DNA of 46,583 nt from a virus: positions 1-46,583 of the IMG/VR virus record IMGVR_UViG_3300004222_000002. One strand, given 5' to 3'. Both the position numbers and the translations under genes were made by a program. The notes under the pieces are model-generated. The model was given only the letters and a program-made list of their open reading frames with translations, was not told the origin of the DNA and did no database searches. Shown here in pieces: positions 1 through 6,573 of this stretch; the first letter of the stretch is position 1, and each line of letters opens with the position of its first letter.

Positions 1-60
1 GTTCGAACCGTCGACCTCAACCTTGGCAAGGTTGCGCTCTACCAACTGAGCTATTCCCGC
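1..60 (-). tRNA. tRNA-Gly(GCC), 5' 60 nt only (3' end cut by window edge)
   Basis: Reverse complement reads GCGGGAATAGCTCAGTTGGTAGAGCGCAACCTTGCCAAGGTTGAGGTCGACGGTTCGAAC. Anticodon arm is CAACC-TTGCCAA-GGTTG (GCC). Positions 1-39 are identical to 46545-46583. Confidence 0.9.
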
Positions 61-209
61 GTATCTGTAAAGCTGTGCGCTTCACAGAGCAGACTTGAAT
101 TCTAGCGCAGATTTTTGCCGCTTCGGAAGAAGCCCGCAAAAAATCTGCGCCAAGGCAGATCGCAGCCTGCCTTGCACCTTGCGGCGGCAGGCTGTTTCAC
201 CGTCGACGC

Positions 210-992
210 CTACTTGCCGTCGATGCGATCCTGCATGCGCTTGGCCCGCTGTTCGGACGGCGGGTGGGAGCTCAGGATGGAGCTGCCACCGCTGCCACCG
301 CTGCCACCGCTGCCAGCGCTGAGCATGGCCAGCTTCTGGAACGATGTGACCAGCCCCTGGCGGCTCATCTTCTTTTCCGTGAGCAGATCGAAGGAGTAGT
401 CATCAGCCGCCGATTCCTGCGACTGCGAGAACTGGGCATTGATGAACTTCTCACCCAGATCACCCGCCTGCGAACGCGACAGCGAGGCCAGCGCCGAATT
501 GCCGCTATTGGCCGCAATAGAGCGTGCAGCCGAAGCCGCATAGGCCGTCTGCATGCGCTTCTTGCTGTGACCCAGTGCCACGTGCCCGATTTCATGGCCA
601 ATCACGCCACGCAGCTCGTCATCGTTCATCAGATCCATCAGGCCGCTGTAGACACGGATACAGCCATTGGCCATGGCCCAGGCATTCACGTCCTGCGTCA
701 TATAGACCTTGTAGACAGCCTTCTTCCCATTGACAGCCTGCGGCATGCCGGCAATCACCTTGTTCAACCGCAGCGTGTACTTGCTCTTTGCATCTGCCAC
801 CTTGTTCTGGGCATCCATGGTTGCACAGGAATCATTGGACAGCGTAACCACGTCGTCATCCGTGAGCGTCATGGCCTTCATGGCCGTGGAGCCCGAATCC
901 AGCAACCCGCCCACATCGGCAGACTCCATGGTTTTACAACCCGCCAGCACCACGCCGCTGGCAACAATCGCCGTCAATAACTTGATCTTCAT
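210..992 (-). CDS. M48-family zinc metallopeptidase, lipoprotein (host gene)
   Basis: Signal peptide with lipobox (VLAGC), HEIGHVALGH (HExxH) motif, and a GSGGSGGSGG linker near the C-terminus. High third-position GC. Confidence 0.85.
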   Translation of the reverse strand: MKIKLLTAIVASGVVLAGCKTMESADVGGLLDSGSTAMKAMTLTDDDVVTLSNDSCATMDAQNKVADAKSKYTLRLNKVIAGMPQAVNGKKAVYKVYMTQDVNAWAMANGCIRVYSGLMDLMNDDELRGVIGHEIGHVALGHSKKRMQTAYAASAARSIAANSGNSALASLSRSQAGDLGEKFINAQFSQSQESAADDYSFDLLTEKKMSRQGLVTSFQKLAMLSAGSGGSGGSGGSSILSSHPPSEQRAKRMQDRIDGK

Positions 993-1320
993 AATCCCTC
1001 CCGATAAATGAAGCGCGCATCATATCCACGACGCGCCAATTCAATCTACCGGCAATGGCAACCCATTTGCAATTTCTTGCAATTTCTCAATGGATAAGCA
1101 ATGTCAAATTTCAATGACGACTGCTCATTACAACAAATGGAAACAATTAAATTCACCAAATCAGCAATGAATGACCAAAACAGGCATGCAGCCATGCTGT
1201 CGATGCACAGAGCGTGAAGCACTGCCACGGCGCTGAATCGGAAGAGAAGAAGATGCGCCAGCCAAGTCGAGGCCGCTGCGGAGACATGGCACCAAGGACC
1301 AACAACGATCCGTGATGCAG

Positions 1321-1346
1321 AAAAAGAAAAAGGCCCCGAGGGGCCT
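1321..1346 (-). terminator. Rho-independent terminator of the original tRNA-Gly/tRNA-Cys transcription unit
   Basis: Hairpin AGGCCCC-GA-GGGGCCT (1331-1346). On the minus strand it is followed by TTTTTCTTTTT and lies about 30 nt downstream of the displaced tRNA-Cys 3' fragment. Confidence 0.7.
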
Positions 1347-1367
1347 TTTGAACACTGTGTCTGCAAT

Positions 1368-1421
1368 GAATTTTTGGAGGCGCGAACCAGAGTCGAACTG
1401 GTCTAACGGGATTTGCAATCC
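1368..1421 (-). repeat. att direct repeat, left copy: displaced 3' 47 nt of tRNA-Cys plus 7 nt downstream
   Basis: gaatttttggaggcgcgaaccagagtcgaactggtctaac[g]ggatttgcaatcc matches 46405-46458 at 53/54 positions. The mismatch is at 1408 versus 46445. Similarity stops exactly at the anticodon-loop side. Confidence 0.85.
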
Positions 1422-1488
1422 ATTCTCATCGTTTTATATCAATAACTTACAAGAGGACCGCACAAAATCGAGAAAGAACCGCGTCTAG

Positions 1489-2181
1489 TTATTGTTTAAG
1501 TAAAGCTAGTTGGTCTGAGGGCAGCAGATTCTCATCCTCGGGCTTTTCCGCTCCGCTCCGAAGCACGCCGAGCGGCGGCAGCCTGATCAGCGCATCAGCC
1601 TGGGCGGCCGTTCCGTGCAGCCAGGCATCCCAGTCCTGCTGCTCAAGCATCACGACGCCGCGCTTTTCCTTGCCGGGCCGGTGCATCAGCGCGAGCACTG
1701 GGTGGCCGTCTGCAGGCTGCGTGATCATGGTGTAGTTCGGGACAAGCTCCCCGGTCTCCGGGTCCGTCCATTCGCTATAGAGCCCGGCCAGGGCCGCCGG
1801 CTGCCCGTCCGCGCGCTGGAACGACCACCACACATTGCGCGACCCGAGGCCCCAATACGGCTCGATCCACGACTCGGCGGGGATCAGACAGCGCTGGCCG
1901 GCTCGCCATGCAGGCGCGAACGTCCAAGACTTCGCGATGGTCTCGCGCCGGGCATTGTTCGTTGACATGGGCGTCCCGTCGCGGGTAGTCGGCCGGCGCG
2001 TGGGAGAGCTGCGCGGGATCATCCCCCACTGCCCCACCTCAATCTCGCCACCGGGCTTGATGTACGGCCCCAACGCCAGCGGCGTAACGTGTGGCTTCCA
2101 CCACCTGTTCGGCGCCTGTCGGCCGATCCGAAAAACGCGCTCGATCTCGGTCTCGCGTGGGGTGTTGTATCGGTTGCAGAT
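1489..2181 (-). CDS. SRAP (SOS-response associated peptidase, YedK/DUF159 family), apparently with a non-canonical ATC start
   Basis: The frame reads (I)CNRYNTPRETEIERVF...NARRET...RCLIPAESWIEPYW...MHRPGKEKRGVVML, the SRAP layout with Cys at position 2. There is no ATG/GTG/TTG between the in-frame stop at 2224-2226 and the Cys codon. AGGAGG (2187-2192) lies 5 nt before ATC-TGC. Confidence 0.7.
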   Translation of the reverse strand: MCNRYNTPRETEIERVFRIGRQAPNRWWKPHVTPLALGPYIKPGGEIEVGQWGMIPRSSPTRRPTTRDGTPMSTNNARRETIAKSWTFAPAWRAGQRCLIPAESWIEPYWGLGSRNVWWSFQRADGQPAALAGLYSEWTDPETGELVPNYTMITQPADGHPVLALMHRPGKEKRGVVMLEQQDWDAWLHGTAAQADALIRLPPLGVLRSGAEKPEDENLLPSDQLALLKQ

Positions 2182-2248
2182 GATGACCTCCTGATGACCA
2201 TCCGGGATTGTCAGGAGTACATGCTAACTTTCGAGCATCACAAAAACA

Positions 2249-2264
2249 CTGTATATTAAAACAG
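2249..2264. promoter_or_regulatory. LexA (SOS) box in a divergent promoter region
   Basis: CTGTATATTAAAACAG is a perfect CTGT-N8-ACAG with an AT-rich centre, set in the longer palindrome aacaCTGTatattaaaACAGtgtt (2245-2268). It lies between the SRAP start (2181) and the plus-strand small-ORF cluster. Confidence 0.8.
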
Positions 2265-2719
2265 TGTTCTGCGAAATCATCGAACTCCGTCGCGCTGGCC
2301 TCAGGCTCGCGCCCAAAGACTGGCCAGAGCCCGTCAGGGGAGATTTGCGCTTGGCCCACGACGATGGGAAGACAAACAACAGCCGGCGCAACATGCGCGT
2401 CGCGTCCCTTTGGGTCGAGTGGAGCGGCCACGACATTCCTGGCCCCCGCATGTTCGAGCCCGTCCTACTAGACGTTCTTGGCGATGCAATGCTCTGGCGC
2501 GGCCACGTCTGCGCCCGAATCGAGGAGGGGATTGCTGAATATGAGCAGATGTGGCTCATTCGCCCCATCCGGTCTATGGAAGCGCCGCCGCTTCCAAAAT
2601 TTGATGCTGCTCGGTTTTCGCCGAAGCTACCCGCGACTCTCCCGCCTCGCTCCGAGACGCCCAGCGTCGCAGAGCGGTGGTACGCCGAACAGGGCCGCGA
2701 GATGCCCATGACACGCTGA
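2264..2719 (+). CDS. Hypothetical protein (start uncertain: GTG 2264 inside the LexA box, or ATG 2393)
   Basis: Strong third-position GC bias in this frame. It is followed by two translationally coupled ORFs. No recognisable motif. Confidence 0.5.
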   Translation: MFCEIIELRRAGLRLAPKDWPEPVRGDLRLAHDDGKTNNSRRNMRVASLWVEWSGHDIPGPRMFEPVLLDVLGDAMLWRGHVCARIEEGIAEYEQMWLIRPIRSMEAPPLPKFDAARFSPKLPATLPPRSETPSVAERWYAEQGREMPMTR

Positions 2720-2723
2720 GGAG

Positions 2724-2933
2724 TTGCCCATGCACCCGCCGCTGATCTATCCAACTATCTTGCGTATGCACCCCTGGTTCGGCCAGCCGGAAGAGGAATT
2801 GCTGCCTGGCAGGCCAGAGGACTACCGCATCGAGCAGGAGGACAGGGACTGGTTCGTTGTGCGCGGCCCAGGGGGGCGGGTCGTGCACAGCGGCCTCGGC
2901 CCCGTGCAGATATTGCCTGCTCGCCATGCCTGA
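2724..2933 (+). CDS. Hypothetical small protein (69 aa)
   Basis: GAGGAG Shine-Dalgarno 6 nt upstream of the ATG, high GC3, and the stop overlaps the next start (ATGCCTGA). Confidence 0.55.
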   Translation: MPMHPPLIYPTILRMHPWFGQPEEELLPGRPEDYRIEQEDRDWFVVRGPGGRVVHSGLGPVQILPARHA

Positions 2934-3135
2934 CCGGTTCGATTGGGGAGGAGTCCCCACGGCGCATGGTTGGTACGCCGTCGTGCTGCAACCGGGTCCC
3001 CTGCCTTACCCTGGCGCACGCTTTTGGAGGGGGAGCGCATGGGACAGCCCGCGCGGCATCGTCGCTCACCATGGGCCGCATGCGGACGCAGAGGAGGCTT
3101 TAGATTGGGCTGAGGAACGCTGCCCCGAAGAATGA
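2926..3135 (+). CDS. Hypothetical small protein (69 aa, MPDRFDWGGV...)
   Basis: The internal ATG of ORF 2857..3135 overlaps the previous stop. High GC3. The gene ends at a terminator hairpin. Confidence 0.5.
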   Translation: MPDRFDWGGVPTAHGWYAVVLQPGPLPYPGARFWRGSAWDSPRGIVAHHGPHADAEEALDWAEERCPEE

Positions 3136-3157
3136 AAAAGCCCCGCACTGCGGGGCT
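3135..3157. terminator. Bidirectional hairpin terminator
   Basis: AGCCCCG-cactg-CGGGGCT (3139-3157). On the minus strand it is followed by TTTTT, ending the CRISPR-like transcript. It also closes the plus-strand small-ORF cluster. Confidence 0.65.
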
Positions 3158-3358
3158 TACTACCTACACGGTAGCGAACAGCCAGGCAGCTTGCGTGGCC
3201 CATTACCTCGATTTCTAAGCTGCCTGTTCGGCAGCGATCCCGCACTGGGCTTCAAGTCCCGCTAGGCGATTCTCTTAGCTGCCTATGCAGCAGCAAACGA
3301 ACTGCAGTACGTGCCGTCTTTTAAGTTCATTTTCTGAGCTGCCTATGCGGCAGGGCCT
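3152..3358 (-). CRISPR. Type I-F-like mini-CRISPR array: 4 repeats (28 nt) and 3 spacers (32, 31, 32 nt); no cas genes in the window
   Basis: Minus-sense repeats: AGGCCCTGCCGCATAGGCAGCTCAGAAA (3358-3331), GTTTGCTGCTGCATAGGCAGCTAAGAGA (3298-3271), GATCGCTGCCGAACAGGCAGCTTAGAAA (3239-3212), GTTCGCTACCGTGTAGGTAGTAAGCCCC (3179-3152, degenerate terminal repeat). Compare the canonical I-F repeat GTTCACTGCCGTATAGGCAGCTAAGAAA. Phase is 59-60 bp. Confidence 0.65.
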
Positions 3359-3606
3359 CAAACACTAACACACTGTCCAGCTTCCACCAGCGGCTCTAGC
3401 CCCGCATCGATGGCCACACACGCCAGCGCCAGGATCCTCGGCAATGGTCCCTCTTTGCCCAGGTAGTTCGCATAGGTCGCACGGCTGACGCCAAGGGCCA
3501 AAGCCGCCGTGACATAGGTGAAGCCGTGGCGTAGCTGCCAGGCCCGGAGATCATTTGCGGTCACGCTGGTCACTCGTTGGGTTGGCGCGCTCCACCCGCT
3601 CAACAA
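3358..3606 (-). CDS. Small HTH DNA-binding protein, Aca1-like (start uncertain: TTG 3606, GTG 3573 or GTG 3564)
   Basis: HTH segment FTYVTAALALGVSRATYANYL. The length and the C-terminal ...ILALACVAIDAG... resemble anti-CRISPR-associated Aca1 as I recall it. The stop codon overlaps the first CRISPR-like repeat by 1 nt. Confidence 0.6.
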   Translation of the reverse strand: MLSGWSAPTQRVTSVTANDLRAWQLRHGFTYVTAALALGVSRATYANYLGKEGPLPRILALACVAIDAGLEPLVEAGQCVSV

Positions 3607-3742
3607 TCCAATCGGTCAGCTTCTTCCCCTCGGCCCTGGACTGCTGCACCCAGCGCGCCTTACGCTCCTGAGTGACCCGCAGTGGCAGTGGCACGAGGCC
3701 CGAATTCTCGGGCGCCTCTCGATCGGATTGGTTGCTGCTCAT
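3551..3742 (-). CDS. Small ribbon-helix-helix-like protein (63 aa); excisionase/regulator or other small effector
   Basis: LPLRVTQERKARWVQQSRAEGKKLTDWIVERV fits a beta-strand/helix/helix RHH pattern. Its ATG overlaps the integrase stop (ATGA). Confidence 0.55.
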   Translation of the reverse strand: MSSNQSDREAPENSGLVPLPLRVTQERKARWVQQSRAEGKKLTDWIVERVERANPTSDQRDRK

Positions 3743-4710
3743 GGCGCGAGTTTATCGCCAGACGATGGGAGCAGAACGTACTTCCAAAGGTGTCGTGTCA
3801 GCCCTCTGTCGTCCTCATACACCTCCGTCATGCTGGCTTTCGCGTGCCCGAGCAACGTTTGAGTATCAACGCCTTGGTGCCGGTACAGACGCGCCGACAG
3901 CGAGCGGATCTCATGAAAGGTTGGCGGCGTGCCCTCACCCGTATACGGAGCTGCAGCTTGTTGCGCAAGCCAGAAGCGATGCGAGACAGTCTGCGGATGG
4001 AGCCGACGATGCGGCCGAGCCCCGGTGCGCAGCAACCACTCGCCATCAAGCGGCTTGTATTCGAGGCAGTCCCGGACTACTTCAGCAACAGTGATATTCA
4101 GGGCATCCAGGCGCAGGGCCAGCGGGATGGCCACGCGAGCGCCCGTCTTTTGCTGCTCAACAAAGAGATGCCCGTCTCTGACGTCGCCTCGCCCGAGTCT
4201 CACCAAGTCCGCACGCCGTTGCCCGGTCACTAAAGCCAGCCGCAGGGCGATGGCGAACCACGCAGGCATGCGCTCGCGACTGTAGTCATGGATCGCCGTG
4301 AACTGTTCCAGCGTCAACCGAGATCGCCGCACAGGCGCCGGCAGGCGCTTGACATGCAGAGCTGGGTTAGCGTCAACCCATCCCTCCATGAGCGCGACAT
4401 TGAACATCGCGCGCAGCTCCTGCAGCGCATGACGGGAAGTGACATGCAGGCCGAGATCGTGAATGCTCTTGACGAGCCGCCCTATTTCCCAGGGCCGAAT
4501 GCTGCGCAGCTCCCGCCCCTGAAACGCCGGCCGCAGGTGTTGCAACACGCCCCGCTTGTTCTGGAGCGTCAGCGGATTGAGGGCCATGTTGTTCAGCGCA
4601 GCGAAGTAGCAAGCCTCCATATCCTCGAACGTTTGAACAGGCGAAATGCCCTTCAACTCGGGAGCGCGGACACGCCGCAACGTGGATAAAACGCGGTCAA
4701 AAATTGTCAT
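3739..4710 (-). CDS. int: Tyrosine recombinase/integrase, lambda-Int-like (int1)
   Basis: Catalytic signature present: ...TGQRRADL..., HEIRSLSARLY, LLGHAKASMTEVY. ATG 4710 is preceded by AAGGAA. The ORF-track start at 4764 is probably too far upstream. Confidence 0.85.
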   Translation of the reverse strand: MTIFDRVLSTLRRVRAPELKGISPVQTFEDMEACYFAALNNMALNPLTLQNKRGVLQHLRPAFQGRELRSIRPWEIGRLVKSIHDLGLHVTSRHALQELRAMFNVALMEGWVDANPALHVKRLPAPVRRSRLTLEQFTAIHDYSRERMPAWFAIALRLALVTGQRRADLVRLGRGDVRDGHLFVEQQKTGARVAIPLALRLDALNITVAEVVRDCLEYKPLDGEWLLRTGARPHRRLHPQTVSHRFWLAQQAAAPYTGEGTPPTFHEIRSLSARLYRHQGVDTQTLLGHAKASMTEVYEDDRGLTRHLWKYVLLPSSGDKLAP

Positions 4711-4766
4711 CGTGTTCGTTCCTTGAGATGCCCCCACGAGCCATTCGGCCGAGGGGGCGAACACAA

Positions 4767-5195
4767 TTACTCCGCGTCTGCCGGCAGGTCGATGCTGATA
4801 CCCAAACGCACGGCGTGGGCCAGCCGCACCAGTCCCGCGATTTCACCGCTACCAGCAAGCAGCTCGACAGGCAAACCATTGGCTTTCGCAACGGCCTTGC
4901 GCTCGCTCAACGCTGCGACGGTGCGCAATTGCCCGGTGCGAGGATCAATGAATTTCATCTTGTAGTCCCAGCCACGCGCCTTGCGGTGATGAACCTCTTC
5001 ACCAATCAGCAGGAAGTCGCCTGCGAACAGTTCCTCGTCACCCTGCTTGAGGTATGCGCCAGGCACATCGTTGGCGCCAAGCACCTTGTTCGGCACCGGG
5101 AGAACAACGCCGCCGCGGACAACCTTTGCCCAAAAACGGCAACGATAGTCAACGGGCTTTACGGAGACGGAGACGGAGACGGATTGAATCGACAT
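4767..5195 (-). CDS. Hypothetical protein (142 aa)
   Basis: High GC3. ATG 5195 has an AAGGAT Shine-Dalgarno 6 nt upstream. No recognisable motif. The N-terminus contains an SVSVSVSV run. Confidence 0.55.
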   Translation of the reverse strand: MSIQSVSVSVSVKPVDYRCRFWAKVVRGGVVLPVPNKVLGANDVPGAYLKQGDEELFAGDFLLIGEEVHHRKARGWDYKMKFIDPRTGQLRTVAALSERKAVAKANGLPVELLAGSGEIAGLVRLAHAVRLGISIDLPADAE

Positions 5196-5267
5196 GATGT
5201 GATCCTTCATGAAGGAAGCCCGGAACCGCCGGGGCGGATGCAGCGCTGTGCTGCCATGGGTGGAAAT

Positions 5268-5288
5268 ATAGTCTAATTTTTAGACTAT
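5268..5288. promoter_or_regulatory. 9-3-9 perfect inverted repeat (candidate operator or terminator) in an AT-rich intergenic region
   Basis: ATAGTCTAA-ttt-TTAGACTAT, located between the 64-aa gene stop (5332) and the 142-aa gene start (5195). Confidence 0.45.
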
Positions 5289-5331
5289 CGCAAGGCTTTT
5301 GAATTTGTTTTGATGGCGCCCCACCCTATCG

Positions 5332-5526
5332 TCAATGGCTCCTTATCACTGCCTGTAGCTTGGCCTGAGCTGACCGCCCAACCCACCTGCATGGGCCGTT
5401 GCCAGCTGCTGCCTCCTGATCCCAGCGCGCCACGATCTGGGCCTCTGTCCAGCCCTTGGCTGCGAGGTAAGCGTGGTCTTCGGCGTCGTATTGACGGTGC
5501 GTCTTGATCTGATTCGTGGCGGTCAT
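5332..5526 (-). CDS. Hypothetical small protein (64 aa)
   Basis: AGGAG Shine-Dalgarno 5 nt upstream of the ATG. High GC3. Confidence 0.55.
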   Translation of the reverse strand: MTATNQIKTHRQYDAEDHAYLAAKGWTEAQIVARWDQEAAAGNGPCRWVGRSAQAKLQAVIRSH

Positions 5527-5584
5527 GGCGTGCTCCTATTGCGTTGAATCGATTAACGCTCTGTCACCGGCACCAGCCAAGCAC

Positions 5585-5620
5585 TGGCCCGTGTCCGACT
5601 GCGCAGTCGGACACGGGCCA
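5585..5620. repeat. 36-bp perfect palindrome (strong hairpin or dimeric binding site)
   Basis: TGGCCCGTGTCCGACTGC|GCAGTCGGACACGGGCCA, between the Dam stop (5643) and the 64-aa gene start (5526). No U-tract on either strand. Confidence 0.6.
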
Positions 5621-5642
5621 GCGCTTGACTCGGCCGCGAAAC

Positions 5643-6437
5643 TCAGAACAAACCTACGGGCTCGGCTGCGCGATCCCAGCTGCTGTAGACCAGTTCAGTG
5701 CGCTGCACGCCACTGCCGCCGCCGGCCACGATGTAGGTGATCGGCACGACCTCAACATGCAGGCCAGCGAAGCATTCACGGATGGCCGGATGGTCGTTGA
5801 TGCTCAGCACGGCCTTGCCCTGCAAGTTGCGCATACGCTCGGCCATGGCCTCGTACTCGGCCCACTCGAAAGGCACGCCATATCCTTCCGTCTCCCAATA
5901 CGGGGGGTCGAGATAAAACAGAGTGTGCGGCCGGTCGTATCGCTTCATGCAGTCGCGCCAGTCCAATCGCTCGATGTATGCGCCATGCAGTCGCATATGG
6001 GCGGCGCTCAGGTCTTCCTCCAGGCGCAGGAGGTTGACGGTGGGTGCAGGCGCAGTCGTGGCCGTGCCCCAAGTTTGGCCGGAGACCTTGCCGCCGAAGG
6101 CCTGGTGCTGGAGGTAGTAGAAACGCGCCGCGCGCTCGATGTCGGTCAGGGTTTCCGGCCGCGTGATCTGCAGCCATTTGAATACCTCGCGCGAGGACAG
6201 TGCCCACTTGAATTGGCGCACGAACTCCTCGAGGTGCCGCTGGACGATCCGGTACAGATTGACCAGCTCGCCGTTGATATCGTTGATGACTTCCACCTCT
6301 GCCGGCGGGCGCATGAAATAGAGCGCCGCACCGCCTGCAAAGACTTCGACATAGCACTTGTGCGGGGGGAAACGGGGAACGATGACATCGGCAAGACGGC
6401 GCTTGCCGCCAAGCCAGGGGACGATAGGGTTCGCCAT
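5643..6437 (-). CDS. dam: DNA N6-adenine methyltransferase, Dam (D12 class) family
   Basis: PWLGGKRRL, FAGGAALYF (FxGxG) and FYLDPPYW (DPPY) motifs in the Dam order. Confidence 0.85.
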   Translation of the reverse strand: MANPIVPWLGGKRRLADVIVPRFPPHKCYVEVFAGGAALYFMRPPAEVEVINDINGELVNLYRIVQRHLEEFVRQFKWALSSREVFKWLQITRPETLTDIERAARFYYLQHQAFGGKVSGQTWGTATTAPAPTVNLLRLEEDLSAAHMRLHGAYIERLDWRDCMKRYDRPHTLFYLDPPYWETEGYGVPFEWAEYEAMAERMRNLQGKAVLSINDHPAIRECFAGLHVEVVPITYIVAGGGSGVQRTELVYSSWDRAAEPVGLF

Positions 6438-6573
6438 GATGGGCTCCAGAGTTTGATATATTGCCCCCGCCTGTACAGGTGGACGGGGCCTCGGCTGGGC
6501 TCACAGGCGCGTTCTGTGGGTTCGGCGGCTTGGTTGGTGTTACAGCACCGACCCGGTCGCCTCGTTCTTTTTT

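Noticed and set aside
283-316. gctgccacc 9-bp repeats in the host peptidase gene.
   Set aside because: They encode an in-frame GSGGSGGSGG flexible linker. This is not a regulatory or CRISPR-like repeat.
1046-1418. ORFs 1046..1366 and 1161..1418 (minus strand) in the low-GC stretch upstream of the M48 gene.
   Set aside because: The region is AT-rich with no codon bias. These ORFs run across the tRNA operon terminator and the displaced tRNA-Cys fragment. The region is more likely the promoter/intergenic region of the peptidase gene.
3175-3230. Inverted complementarity between cgaacagccaggcagctt (3175-3192) and aagctgcctgttcg (3217-3230), first read as a separate long hairpin or inverted extra repeat.
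   Set aside because: It is explained by the end of the degenerate terminal repeat plus about 10 nt of chance or structural complementarity between the last spacer and the adjacent repeat. That is too short to call a distinct element.
5161-5182. (GGAGAC)x3.5 hexamer run as a possible slipped-strand phase-variation tract.
   Set aside because: The unit length is a multiple of three, so copy changes stay in frame (an SVSVSV run). The tract is short.
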